Below, piece after piece: positions 22,093-31,641 of a stretch of DNA of 64,000 bases. The stretch covers positions 23,587 through 87,586 of the forward strand of contig JAZLBO010000018.1 in the NCBI GenBank assembly GCA_045613765.1. Reading direction: 5' to 3'. The first letter of the stretch is position 1; the number at the start of each line of letters is the position of its first letter. The stretch comes from Clostridia bacterium. Its GTDB lineage: Bacteria; Bacillota; Clostridia; Christensenellales; CAG-917. The notes below the pieces were generated by a model that saw nothing but the letters and a program-made list of their open reading frames with translations, was not told the DNA's origin and searched no databases. Both the position numbers and the translations under genes were made by a program.

Positions 22093-23439
22093 ATGTCTTA
22101 TATTCAAGAAATTTTGGTGCAAACCAAACAGAAAAATCCAGATCAACCTCAATTTTTGCAAACAGTTGAAGAAGTTTTGGGCTCAATCGCTCCTGCCGTT
22201 GAACAAAACGAACAAAAACTTCGCAAAAACGTTATTCTTGAACGCCTTGTTGAACCCGATCGTCAAATCATCTTCCGTGTTCCTTGGATGGATGACAATG
22301 GTGTTTACCACGTAAACACAGGCTACCGTGTGCAATTCAACAATGCAATCGGCCCATACAAAGGTGGTCTTCGTTTCCAAAAGGACGTCAACCTTGACAC
22401 AATGAAGTTCCTTGCCTTTGAACAAACTTTCAAAAACAGCCTTACTTCTCTCCCCATGGGTGGTGGCAAAGGTGGCAGTGACTTTGATCCCGTCGGCAAA
22501 TCTGATGATGAAATCATGCGTTTCTGCCAAAGTTTCATGACAGAACTCTACCGTCATATCGGTCCTAATATGGACGTTCCTGCAGGGGATATGGGTGTTG
22601 GTGGCAGAGAGATTGGTTATCTCTTTGGACAATACAAAAAGATTGTTGGGGACTATGAAAATGGTGTCTTGACAGGCAAAGGATTGTCCTATGGTGGCAG
22701 TCTTATCCGTCCCGAAGCAACAGGTTTTGGCGCAACATATTTCCTTGAAGAAGTGCTCAAACATCAAGGCGAAAGCATTGAAGGAAAGACCTTCTGCTTG
22801 TCCGGATTTGGCAACGTTGCTTGGGGTGCTGCAAAGAAAATCAGTGAACTCGGTGGCAAAGTTCTCACCCTTTCTGGCCCTGATGGATACATCTACGATA
22901 AAGATGGTGTTTCAGCAGAAAAGGTAGATTATATGCTTGAAATGCGCGCATCAAATCGTAATTTGGTCAAAGACTATGCAGACAAGTTCGGTTGCGAATT
23001 TGTTGCAGGCAAGAAGCCTTGGGGCAATGTTAAGGCAGATGTCTATATGCCCTGCGCACGTCAAAATGAGATCCTTCTTGAAGATGCAAAAGCAATGGTT
23101 GAGATGGGTGTGCCTATCCTCAACGAAGTGTCCAATATGCCCACAACAAATGATGCGCTTCAATATCTTCAAACACACGGCGTGTTGGTTGCTCCTTCAA
23201 AGGCAGTCAATGCAGGTGGCGTTGCAACAAGTGGTCTTGAAATGAGCCAAAATAGTGGACGTATCTCTTGGAGCGCAGAAGATGTTGACAAGCAACTGAA
23301 AAACATTATGAAAGGCATCCACTCTCAAATCACTGATGCCCTTGACACATACGGCTTGGACTACAACCTTGTTGCAGGTGCAAACCTTGCAGGTTTCAAG
23401 AAAGTTGCAGACGCAATGCTCGCCCAAGGCATATATTAA
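22093..23439 (+). CDS. gdhA: NADP-type glutamate dehydrogenase
   Basis: GPYKGGLRF, LPMGGGKGGSDF, DVPAGD, RPEATGFG, GFGNV, KAVNAGGVATSGLEMSQN. Confidence 0.97.
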   Translation: MSYIQEILVQTKQKNPDQPQFLQTVEEVLGSIAPAVEQNEQKLRKNVILERLVEPDRQIIFRVPWMDDNGVYHVNTGYRVQFNNAIGPYKGGLRFQKDVNLDTMKFLAFEQTFKNSLTSLPMGGGKGGSDFDPVGKSDDEIMRFCQSFMTELYRHIGPNMDVPAGDMGVGGREIGYLFGQYKKIVGDYENGVLTGKGLSYGGSLIRPEATGFGATYFLEEVLKHQGESIEGKTFCLSGFGNVAWGAAKKISELGGKVLTLSGPDGYIYDKDGVSAEKVDYMLEMRASNRNLVKDYADKFGCEFVAGKKPWGNVKADVYMPCARQNEILLEDAKAMVEMGVPILNEVSNMPTTNDALQYLQTHGVLVAPSKAVNAGGVATSGLEMSQNSGRISWSAEDVDKQLKNIMKGIHSQITDALDTYGLDYNLVAGANLAGFKKVADAMLAQGIY

Positions 23440-23468
23440 AAAGGGTTATTTTGGTGCATAGTATTGTA

Positions 23469-23497
23469 TTGACTTTACTCGTGGACCGTGTTATAAT
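23469..23497 (+). promoter_or_regulatory. Putative promoter of the SCIFF locus
   Basis: TTGACT-17 nt-TATAAT with TG extended -10. Confidence 0.65.
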
Positions 23498-23529
23498 CAA
23501 TAAAAATCAAGATTTTTATGGAGGCAAAT

Positions 23530-23679
23530 ATGAAGCACATCAAAACTTTGAAAACTCGTGACCTTTGCGCAAGCACAAAAAATGGTGGCTGTGGTGAATG
23601 TCAAACATCTTGCCAATCAGCATGCAAAACAAGCTGCGGCGTAGCAAACCAAAAGTGCGAAAACACAAAAAAGAACTAA
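23530..23679 (+). CDS. scfA: SCIFF (six-cysteine) ranthipeptide precursor
   Basis: Below the ORF-track cutoff. GGAGG RBS; MKHIKTLKTRDLCASTKNGGCGECQTSCQSACKTSCGVANQKCENTKKN. Confidence 0.95.
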   Translation: MKHIKTLKTRDLCASTKNGGCGECQTSCQSACKTSCGVANQKCENTKKN

Positions 23680-23697
23680 TTTAGCACAATCTCGTCA

Positions 23698-23731
23698 AAC
23701 CCGCCTTATGAAAATGGGGCGGTGTTTTTTT
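23698..23731 (+). terminator. Hairpin/terminator between precursor and maturase
   Basis: CCGCCTTAT-gaaa-ATGGGGCGG followed by a T-run. Confidence 0.6.
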
Positions 23732-23736
23732 GTAAT

Positions 23737-25113
23737 ATGATACATCAATTCAAACAAGCAGGGCTTGCAATTGTTGTTGACGTCTTCTCCGGATCAATAC
23801 ATCTCGTTGATGACGTTGCATACGACATTATCGCCCTTTATGAAAACACAACCAAAGACGAAATCGTCACTTCCCTTGCCCAAAAATATGAAGGCGAGGG
23901 GGTTTCTTGTGAAGAAATTGCAGAGTGTTACGACGAAATCACTGCTCTCAAAGAAGAAGGCAGACTTTTTGCACCCGATACGTTTTCAAATATTGCAACA
24001 AGTTTGAAAGAAAAGACTTCTGGCGTTGTCAAGGCACTTTGCTTGCACGTGGCACACACTTGCAACCTTAACTGCTCATATTGCTTTGCAAGTCAAGGCA
24101 AATATGCAGGAGAAAGAGCCATTATGAGCGAAGAAGTGGGCAAAAGAGCCCTTGACTTCCTTATTGAAAACTCTGGCACAAGACACAATCTTGAGGTTGA
24201 CTTCTTTGGTGGCGAGCCACTTATGAATTTTGACGTAGTCAAAAATCTTGTTGCTTACGCTCGTGAAAGAGAAAAACAATGTGGCAAAAACTTCCGTTTT
24301 ACCCTGACAACCAACGGCGTGCTTATTGATGATGACGTCATTGATTTTGCCAACCGTGAAATGAGCAACGTCGTCTTGAGCCTTGACGGAAGAAAGGAAA
24401 TCCACGATAGATTCCGTGTTGACTATGCAGGAAAAGGCAGTTTTGACAAAATCGTGCCAAAATTCCAAAAACTCGTGGAAGCACGTGGTGGAAAGGACTA
24501 CTATATGCGTGGCACTTTCACTCACGCCAACCCCGACTTTGTCAGCGATATCCGTACAATGCTTGATCTTGGTTTCAATGAACTCAGCATGGAGCCCGTT
24601 GTCTGCGCCCCCAACGATCCTTCTGCTCTCACAGATGAAGATCTTGAAGTGGTTATGGCACAATATGAGGAACTTGCATCACTTATGCTTGAAAGAAGAC
24701 GCCAAGGCAAACCTTTCACTTTCTATCATTACATGATAGACTTGAGTGGTGGTCCTTGCATCTACAAGAGAGTTTCAGGTTGTGGCAGTGGCACTGAATA
24801 TATGGCAGTGACACCTTGGGGAGATTTGTATCCTTGCCATCAATTTGTTGGAGATGAAAAGTTCAAACTCGGCGACATCTACAACGGAGTCAACAACACC
24901 GACCTTCAAAACGAATTCAAGAAGTGCAACGTCTATGCCCACCCCGAATGTAAGGATTGTTGGGCAAAACTCTACTGTTCTGGTGGTTGTGCAGCCAATG
25001 CATATCACGCAACAGGAAAGATTACTGGCATTTATGAAAGTGGATGCAAACTTTTCCGTAAGCGCATGGAATGTGCAATCTTCCTTGAAGCAATCAAATC
25101 ACTTGAAGAATAA
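23737..25113 (+). CDS. scfB: Radical SAM/SPASM SCIFF maturase (thioether cross-link forming)
   Basis: CNLNCSYC, FFGGEP, SPASM cysteines (GC...YPCHQF...CKDCWAKLYCSGGCAAN), adjacent to the SCIFF peptide. Confidence 0.93.
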   Translation: MIHQFKQAGLAIVVDVFSGSIHLVDDVAYDIIALYENTTKDEIVTSLAQKYEGEGVSCEEIAECYDEITALKEEGRLFAPDTFSNIATSLKEKTSGVVKALCLHVAHTCNLNCSYCFASQGKYAGERAIMSEEVGKRALDFLIENSGTRHNLEVDFFGGEPLMNFDVVKNLVAYAREREKQCGKNFRFTLTTNGVLIDDDVIDFANREMSNVVLSLDGRKEIHDRFRVDYAGKGSFDKIVPKFQKLVEARGGKDYYMRGTFTHANPDFVSDIRTMLDLGFNELSMEPVVCAPNDPSALTDEDLEVVMAQYEELASLMLERRRQGKPFTFYHYMIDLSGGPCIYKRVSGCGSGTEYMAVTPWGDLYPCHQFVGDEKFKLGDIYNGVNNTDLQNEFKKCNVYAHPECKDCWAKLYCSGGCAANAYHATGKITGIYESGCKLFRKRMECAIFLEAIKSLEE

Positions 25114-25114
25114 A

Positions 25115-26446
25115 ATGAATACACCCATCAAAGATTTTGTAAGAAAATACGCCCTTTCAAAGCCCGTGCGTCTTCACATGCCCGGTCATAAGGGCGTTTC
25201 TTTTTTGGGTGCAGAAAAACACGATATAACAGAAATCCAAGGGGCAGACGTTTTGTATTCTGCAAAAGGTGTCATCTTGGAAAGCATGAACAATGCAACC
25301 AAACTCTTTGACAGTGGAAAAACACTGTATTCAACGGAAGGATCGTCCCTTGCAATACGTGCAATATTGCACCTTGTCAAAGGCTACTCTGCCTTTGACG
25401 GCAACGACGCCAAAGTCCTTGCATATCGCAATGCGCACAAGAGTTTCATCACGTCATCTGCCCTGCTCGGCATTGATGTAAAATGGTTGTATGATGACAA
25501 AAACGGCATTTTAAGTTGCGATTTTGATTTGTCAACCCTTGAAAATGCAATTATCAAAGAAAGACCAACTGCAGTATTTGTCACAAGCCCAGACTATCTT
25601 GGAGGTGTTGCACCCATAGACAAGATGGCAGAAATATGCCACAAATATGGTGTCGTTCTTGCTGTTGACAATGCCCATGGTGCATACTTGAAGTTTGCAT
25701 CAAACTGCACTCATCCCATAGATCAAGGGGCAGATATTATGTGCGACTCTGCACACAAAACATTGCCCGTTTTGACTGGTGGCGCATATCTTCATATAGG
25801 CAAAAATGCCCCTGCATACTTTATGGAAAATGCAGTCACTGCTCTTTCACTTCACGCAAGCACAAGCCCATCTTACGTCATCTTGCAATCCCTTGACAAC
25901 GTCAATAAATTACTCCACGATAACCCATGCTATTTTGACGGAGCAATATGCCGTCTTGACAAATTAAAGGCAAAATTGGTGGATTTTGGCTACACTCTTG
26001 TAGGAGATGAACGATTGAAGTTGACAATTTCCACAAAGCCCTATGGCTATACGGGGGAAGAAGTGGCAAATTATCTTGAAAGCAAGGGAATTTTCGTAGA
26101 ATTCTGCGACAAAGACTTTGTGACAATGATGTTTTCGCCCTGCAACAAAAAGGGTGACTTCAAAAAAGTCCAAAAGGCACTCACATCTCTTCCAAAGTGC
26201 GATTGCATAGACATAGCACCACCAACGGCACATATACTTGAAGTGGGCATGGATATGAACACTGCCCTTTTTGCACCATACGAAATCGTGTCCGTTGACA
26301 ATGCAGTGGGCAGAATTTTGTCATCTCCTACAGTATCATGCCCCCCTGCAATACCCGTTGCAGTCTGTGGCGAAATCATTGATGACAAGGCAGTGGAAAT
26401 CATGAAATACTACTCAATAGACACTTGTGTTGTTGTCAATAAGTAG
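25115..26446 (+). CDS. PLP-dependent Orn/Lys/Arg decarboxylase family protein
   Basis: HMPGHKG, RNAHKS, TSPDYLG, VDNAHG, SAHKTL, STSPSY, CPPAIPVAVCGE. Confidence 0.9.
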   Translation: MNTPIKDFVRKYALSKPVRLHMPGHKGVSFLGAEKHDITEIQGADVLYSAKGVILESMNNATKLFDSGKTLYSTEGSSLAIRAILHLVKGYSAFDGNDAKVLAYRNAHKSFITSSALLGIDVKWLYDDKNGILSCDFDLSTLENAIIKERPTAVFVTSPDYLGGVAPIDKMAEICHKYGVVLAVDNAHGAYLKFASNCTHPIDQGADIMCDSAHKTLPVLTGGAYLHIGKNAPAYFMENAVTALSLHASTSPSYVILQSLDNVNKLLHDNPCYFDGAICRLDKLKAKLVDFGYTLVGDERLKLTISTKPYGYTGEEVANYLESKGIFVEFCDKDFVTMMFSPCNKKGDFKKVQKALTSLPKCDCIDIAPPTAHILEVGMDMNTALFAPYEIVSVDNAVGRILSSPTVSCPPAIPVAVCGEIIDDKAVEIMKYYSIDTCVVVNK

Positions 26447-26577
26447 TGTTCAACGTTCAACGCACTTGCACACGGCGCAAATTACAATCGTATTAAAAAT
26501 AGAAATCAACCAAATCGCACTTTTACAATGCGATTTTGACAAGATAAAATATTTGTTTTTGCAACATAGGTATTTTT

Positions 26578-27753
26578 ATGAGCGAAAGAAATTCAAAAAA
26601 TAGAGCCAATAGCACTGCCAAGAAAGCAGTGAAAAAGGCTTACAAACAAAACCCCAAAGCATTTATCATCACTGCCATTGCAGTCATCCTTATCATTGCA
26701 ATCACTGTGGCTGTGATCTATTTTGCTTTCCCTGAAACTTGGGATAGCATTATATCAATGATTGGTGGTCAAGATGACAGACCCGAACTCGAACGTGGAG
26801 ATGGCGAACTTCAAATCCACTTTATTGACGTGGGGCAAGGAGATTGTATTCTCATTTTGTTCCCCGACGGCAAAGATATGCTCGTTGACTGCGCAAACTA
26901 TAATAATACGAGCAAAATACGTGAGAGCACTCTTGCATATCTCAACACATACGTCACTGACGGACAACTTGACTATCTTATGGTAACTCACGGCGATAGC
27001 GACCACATCTACTTTGTTGATGAAGTGTTGTATGCCTTTGACGTTGACACAATTTATATGCCTTTCATCCTTGCAGAACCTGAAAAGGCAGAAAAAGCAG
27101 AGCAAGTCAATGCTCTCCCCAAGGAAAAACTTGATTTGTTCACAGACGAAGACACTCTCACAAGTGGCGTGTATGCAGATTTCTTTATTGCAGCACTTTC
27201 AGAGCCCGATGCAGAAATCATCTTCAACATTGGCGAGTTCTCCATTGAAACATCAACTTATCGCCTTGACTTCAACTGCTATGCAGAAGCAGACTGGGCA
27301 GAAGAAGATCTCGGTGACGCCGAAGAAAAAAATGCTGTTTCACCCATTGGCATCCTTGAATACAATGGCAAGCGCGTTGTTCTCACGGGTGATAGCAACG
27401 AAATCAACGAACCTATGTTCATTGAAAAGATTGGTGGCACAGTGTATGACTGCGACGTTTTGAAAGTTGGACATCACGGCAGTGCAACATCATCAACAAG
27501 AGAGTTCCTTGACTTCATCAACTGCGAATATGCAGTCATTTCTTGCAATGCAAGTGGCAACACATTTGAGCATCCTCGTCAAGCAACCCTTGATAGATTT
27601 AGCGCAGATGATATGACTGTCTATCGTACAGACCTGCACGGAACAATCGTGCTTGTGATTGACAGCAACGGAACATTGTCATTTACAACTGAAAAAACTG
27701 CCGGCGAGAGCGACATCTTCACTGGCGCAGACACCAAAAAAGCACAAGGCTAA
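26578..27753 (+). CDS. Membrane-anchored ComEC/Rec2-type metallo-beta-lactamase-fold hydrolase
   Basis: One N-terminal TM; IHFIDVGQGD, THGDSDH, LTGD, LKVGHHGS, HP, YRTDLHG. Confidence 0.85.
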   Translation: MSERNSKNRANSTAKKAVKKAYKQNPKAFIITAIAVILIIAITVAVIYFAFPETWDSIISMIGGQDDRPELERGDGELQIHFIDVGQGDCILILFPDGKDMLVDCANYNNTSKIRESTLAYLNTYVTDGQLDYLMVTHGDSDHIYFVDEVLYAFDVDTIYMPFILAEPEKAEKAEQVNALPKEKLDLFTDEDTLTSGVYADFFIAALSEPDAEIIFNIGEFSIETSTYRLDFNCYAEADWAEEDLGDAEEKNAVSPIGILEYNGKRVVLTGDSNEINEPMFIEKIGGTVYDCDVLKVGHHGSATSSTREFLDFINCEYAVISCNASGNTFEHPRQATLDRFSADDMTVYRTDLHGTIVLVIDSNGTLSFTTEKTAGESDIFTGADTKKAQG

Positions 27754-27762
27754 CAAATAATA

Positions 27763-29067
27763 ATGAAAACAAAAGAAAAGAAACATTTTTGTGCGTTTGA
27801 CAAGGCACGATACAAGAAATATAAAGCCCAAAAGGCTTTGACTATCATTGGGGCAATTATAGCAGTAATTGCCCTGTTTTCTACATCTGTTGCCGTTGCC
27901 AACGTTGTGGCAGTAGACAACCTTTTGGACAAGGCAACAAGCACTTCTGCCGTTGAATATAGTGATGGCGAAAGACTTGTGCCCGTCAAAGATGAAGACG
28001 GATACTGGACCTTTACAACAGACAGAGATTTCAAGGTTATGCAACTGACCGACATACATATTGGTGGTGGCTTTTTGTCTGCAAAAAAGGATAAATGGGC
28101 AATGGGTGCAGTGGCAACAATGGTGCAACAAGAAAAGCCTGATCTTGTGGTTGTCACCGGGGATATCGCCTTCCCTATGCCCTATCCATCAGGCACTTTC
28201 AACAACTTGAGTGGCGCAAGGGCATTTGCATATCTTATGGAAAGTTTGGGCGTGTATTGGACTTTTACATTTGGCAATCACGACACCGAAGCATACTCGT
28301 ATTACAGCCGTGAAGATATAGTGGAATTCTATGAAGAAAGGCTGACGAAAGACTTTGAATATTGCTTGTTCCAACGTGGTTTTTCTGGCGAAGATGAAGG
28401 CTATGGAAACACCGTCATAAAAGTCAAAAATAGTGACGGCATAATCACTCAAGCCATCTTCACTTTGGATAGCCACAGTTATATTGACAACGATATATTT
28501 GGTGTTGCCTGGAAATACGATAATTTGCACAAATCACAAGTTGATTGGTACAAATCACAAGTTTCAACTATGATTTCAAGCAATATAGCAATAAATCCCG
28601 ATATGACAACTCTTGACAATATTGCCTTCCTGCACATACCCGTTGGCGAGTATAGAGATGCTTGGAAGGAATACACTGAAGCAGGCGAAAAGGACACCGA
28701 AAATGTCAAATTGATCTATGGTGTCATGGGCGAAAATCCCGGCGAAAAGAACGGCATTGTCACCTATGGTGTGTATAGTGGAATGTACCCATGTGACTTC
28801 TTTGAAGCGGGGCTTGAAAACGGACTTCAAGCAATGTTCTGTGGCCACGATCACTACAACAATTTCTCCGTCAAGTACAACGGTGGCAGTGGGGATAAAT
28901 ATATCCAACTGACCTATGGCATGAGCATTGACTATCTCGCCTATGCAAAGGTCACAGAGCATAGTCAACGTGGCTGCACAATCATCACACTTTCCCCCGA
29001 CGGCACTTGCTCTATCCAACCCAAAAACTACTACACCGACTACAACGGAACTGACCTTGGCGCATAA
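27763..29067 (+). CDS. Membrane-anchored calcineurin-like metallophosphoesterase
   Basis: QLTDIH, VVTGD, FGNHD, FLHIP, CGHDH. Confidence 0.88.
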   Translation: MKTKEKKHFCAFDKARYKKYKAQKALTIIGAIIAVIALFSTSVAVANVVAVDNLLDKATSTSAVEYSDGERLVPVKDEDGYWTFTTDRDFKVMQLTDIHIGGGFLSAKKDKWAMGAVATMVQQEKPDLVVVTGDIAFPMPYPSGTFNNLSGARAFAYLMESLGVYWTFTFGNHDTEAYSYYSREDIVEFYEERLTKDFEYCLFQRGFSGEDEGYGNTVIKVKNSDGIITQAIFTLDSHSYIDNDIFGVAWKYDNLHKSQVDWYKSQVSTMISSNIAINPDMTTLDNIAFLHIPVGEYRDAWKEYTEAGEKDTENVKLIYGVMGENPGEKNGIVTYGVYSGMYPCDFFEAGLENGLQAMFCGHDHYNNFSVKYNGGSGDKYIQLTYGMSIDYLAYAKVTEHSQRGCTIITLSPDGTCSIQPKNYYTDYNGTDLGA

Positions 29068-29094
29068 CAAATCAACAAATATCACAAACAAATA

Positions 29095-29123
29095 AAAAAC
29101 CCACGCCGAAAAGTGTGGGTTTT
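29095..29123. terminator. Intrinsic terminator
   Basis: AAAACCCACGC-cgaaaa-GTGTGGGTTTT. Confidence 0.7.
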
Positions 29124-29233
29124 CTTATTTCCAAGAAATATTCGCTTGATTTTTGGATAAAATAAAGCGCTAAATAAAGCAAAATACAAAAAAGTGGACG
29201 ACTGCGCTCATCTTGCGTTGTTTAAGGATAAGT

Positions 29234-29333
29234 GTGGGGTTGAATAGACTCGTAGCGAGAGAAACGAGCGTAATAGCGAGCGAGTGTGCTTGCATAATAT
29301 AGCGAGCGCCACTGTCGACCTGTCGATAGTTCT
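29234..29333 (-). repeat. tRNA-Ile 3'-end-derived repeat, distal copy
   Basis: 100 bp identical to 29577-29676; begins with 19 nt of the tRNA-Ile 3' end. Confidence 0.9.
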
Positions 29334-29408
29334 GCAACGCAATTGCAATGGGCAGAATGCCCAGAGGATATCCACCCCATCTGATTAACATTTTCAAAAA
29401 CTTCAAAT

Positions 29409-29520
29409 GCAATATTGTGATGTATAATGCGAAAAAGCCCTTAATCTCCGACCAAAGCATACTTGCCGTATGTGAGGTTGGTGAGCAAGGGCTTTGACAA
29501 AATTAGACGCACAATAGTGC
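29409..29520. repeat. ~115-nt structured repeat with terminal inverted repeats, copy A
   Basis: GCAATATTGTG...CACAATAGTGC ends, AAGCCC/GGGCTT stem, GCATAC-TTGCC-GTATGTGAG core; homologous to 43608-43719. Confidence 0.7.
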
Positions 29521-29576
29521 TTTTGAACAAAAAAAATAGACGAACCAACGTTCGTCTTACTTTGTTTAAGGGGTTG

Positions 29577-29676
29577 GTGGGGTTGAATAGACTCGTAGCG
29601 AGAGAAACGAGCGTAATAGCGAGCGAGTGTGCTTGCATAATATAGCGAGCGCCACTGTCGACCTGTCGATAGTTCT
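29577..29676 (-). repeat. tRNA-Ile 3'-end-derived repeat, proximal copy
   Basis: 100 bp identical to 29234-29333; also flanked by a copy of the tRNA trailer and terminator (29528-29576). Confidence 0.9.
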
Positions 29677-29776
29677 TGCAACAAAGTTGCAAAATGCGTA
29701 GCATAAGGATATAAAACCACTCCAAAACACAAAAAAAATAGACGAACTACTGTTCGTCATACTCTGTTTAAGGGGT

Positions 29777-29853
29777 TGGTGGGGTTGAATAGACTCGAAC
29801 TATCGACCTCGCGCTTATCAGGCGCGTGCTCTAACCAACTGAGCTACAACCCC
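29777..29853 (-). tRNA. tRNA-Ile(GAT)
   Basis: GGGGTTGTAGCTCAGTTGGTTAGAGCACGCGCCT-GAT-AAGCGCGAGGTCGATAGTTCGAGTCTATTCAACCCCACCA cloverleaf with encoded CCA. Confidence 0.96.
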
Positions 29854-29859
29854 TTGTTA

Positions 29860-29935
29860 TGGTGGAGATGCACGGATTCGAACCGAGGACCTCTTGAATG
29901 CAAATCAAGCGCTCTACCAACTGAGCTACACCCCC
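29860..29935 (-). tRNA. tRNA-Ala(TGC)
   Basis: GGGGGTGTAGCTCAGTTGGTAGAGCGCTTGATT-TGC-ATTCAAGAGGTCCTCGGTTCGAATCCGTGCATCTCCACCA; G3:U70 present. Confidence 0.95.
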
Positions 29936-29949
29936 ATAAGTGCTTTTCA

Positions 29950-29978
29950 ATAATAGCACCGAAAAAACAATATGTCAA
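29950..29978 (-). promoter_or_regulatory. Promoter of the tRNA pair
   Basis: TTGACA-17 nt-TATTAT. Confidence 0.7.
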
Positions 29979-30069
29979 ACATTTTTCACAAAAAAATTTA
30001 TAAAGTTAATATTGAATTTTATTTTTGCTTGTTGTATAATAAAATAAATCATCTTATGGAGGAACTATT

Positions 30070-30591
30070 ATGGATCTCAAAGGCACAAAAACCGAAAAGA
30101 ATTTGATGGAAGCCTTCGCAGGCGAAAGTCAAGCAAGAAACAAATATACATACTTTGCAAGCAAAGCAAAGAAAGACGGCTATGAACAAATCGCAGCCAT
30201 TTTCCAAGAAACTGCAGACAATGAAAAGGAACACGCAAAACTTTGGTTCAAGTTGTTCCACGGCATTGGCAACACATACGAAAATCTCCTTGCTGCTGCT
30301 GCAGGCGAACACGAAGAATGGACAGATATGTACAAACGTATGGCAGATGAAGCAGACGCAGAGGGTTTCCACGGTATCGCAGCACAAATGAGAGGAGTTG
30401 CAGCAATCGAAAAACTCCACGAAGAAAGATATCGTCGTCTTGCAGAACTTGTGCAAGCAGGCAAAGTCTTTGAAACACTTGACGGCAGTGCAAAAGAATG
30501 GAAATGCAGAAACTGTGGCCACGTACACACAGGCGTAGGCGCACCTGCAGTATGCCCCGTATGTGCACACCCCCAAGCATACTTTGAATAA
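30070..30591 (+). CDS. rbr: Rubrerythrin
   Basis: [31 protein letters not shown]-terminal WKCRNCGH...CPVCAHP. Confidence 0.95.
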   Translation: MDLKGTKTEKNLMEAFAGESQARNKYTYFASKAKKDGYEQIAAIFQETADNEKEHAKLWFKLFHGIGNTYENLLAAAAGEHEEWTDMYKRMADEADAEGFHGIAAQMRGVAAIEKLHEERYRRLAELVQAGKVFETLDGSAKEWKCRNCGHVHTGVGAPAVCPVCAHPQAYFE

Positions 30592-30604
30592 AAGATAATT
30601 ACAC

Positions 30605-30636
30605 AATAAAGAGCAGGACCAACCTGCTCTTTTATT
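30605..30636 (+). terminator. Intrinsic terminator after rbr
   Basis: AAAGAGCAGG-accaa-CCTGCTCTTTT. Confidence 0.75.
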
Positions 30637-30671
30637 TTGCCAAAAACACAACAATATGCTATAATAGACCC

Positions 30672-31334
30672 ATGGTAAACATTGGCAACAGTTGGGATAA
30701 CATACTCAAAAATGACTTTGAGGGGCAGGCCTATCAAGATCTGCGCCGTTTTCTTGCTGACGAATACAGCAAGCACACCATTTATCCCACAATGCACAAT
30801 ATCTTCAATGCTCTCAAATACACGGCTTTTGAAGACGTCAAAGTTGTCATCATTGGGCAAGATCCTTATCACGGCCCAAACCAAGCCCATGGTATGTGTT
30901 TCTCTGTCCTTCCCGGCACAGACACTCCCCCATCACTTGTCAATATATTCAAGGAAATCAAGGCAGACCTTGGCATTGCCAACACCAATCCGTATCTTAT
31001 GAAATGGGCAGAACAAGGGGTGCTTCTTCTCAACACTGTCCTGACAGTACGTGCAGGGCAAGCCAATAGCCACAAGGGCAAGGGTTGGGAAACTCTCACA
31101 GATAGCATAATCCGTCATCTCAACAAGAGCGATACCCCCATTGTATATCTTTTGTGGGGCGCAAATGCAAGAAGCAAAAAGGCACTGATCACCAACCCCA
31201 ACCACTTGATTTTGGAAACAGTGCACCCATCACCCCTTTCTGCATACAACGGATTCTTTGGATGCAAGCACTTCAGTAAGTGCAACGAGTTTTTGACAAA
31301 ACACGGACTTAAACCAATAGATTGGCAAACTTAA
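30672..31334 (+). CDS. ung: Uracil-DNA glycosylase (family 1)
   Basis: GQDPYH, PPSLVNI, GVLLLN, HPSPLS. Confidence 0.97.
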   Translation: MVNIGNSWDNILKNDFEGQAYQDLRRFLADEYSKHTIYPTMHNIFNALKYTAFEDVKVVIIGQDPYHGPNQAHGMCFSVLPGTDTPPSLVNIFKEIKADLGIANTNPYLMKWAEQGVLLLNTVLTVRAGQANSHKGKGWETLTDSIIRHLNKSDTPIVYLLWGANARSKKALITNPNHLILETVHPSPLSAYNGFFGCKHFSKCNEFLTKHGLKPIDWQT

Positions 31335-31404
31335 ACTGCCCGTTTGGACAATATCGCTTTTTTTTACACCTTATATAAATACCTTTAAGGAGGCAAATGT
31401 CATC

Positions 31405-31614
31405 ATGACCGACCAAGAAATAGCACGAATAAATGAATTGGCAAGAAAGTCCAAAACCACAGAAGGTTTGACTCCTGCCGAAAGAAATGAACAAAGTCAA
31501 CTTCGCAGAAAATATATCGATAGTGTTCTTGGCAGCCTTCGTGGCAACCTTGATAGCACCAAAATTCAACACCCCGACGGCACAATCACACCTCTTAAAA
31601 AGGAAGACAAATAA
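31405..31614 (+). CDS. DUF896/YnzC-like small protein
   Basis: IARINELARKSKTTEGLTPAERNEQSQLRRKYI; AAGGAGG RBS. Confidence 0.85.
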   Translation: MTDQEIARINELARKSKTTEGLTPAERNEQSQLRRKYIDSVLGSLRGNLDSTKIQHPDGTITPLKKEDK

Positions 31615-31641
31615 CTTTTTGTTTTTGTCAAACGGTTTACT

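Noticed and set aside
26513-26537. Third operator for the XRE protein (AATCGCA...TGCGATT)
   Set aside because: Spacer is 14 nt rather than 9, so it is more likely an unrelated palindrome or hairpin.
29170-29760. Short ORFs sharing QVDSGARYIMQAHSLAITLVSLATSLFNP
   Set aside because: They are translations of the DNA repeat, without RBS or consistent start and stop.
29185-29800. Prophage or ICE integrated at tRNA-Ile
   Set aside because: No integrase or cargo; only ~100-240 bp lie between the tRNA-end copies.
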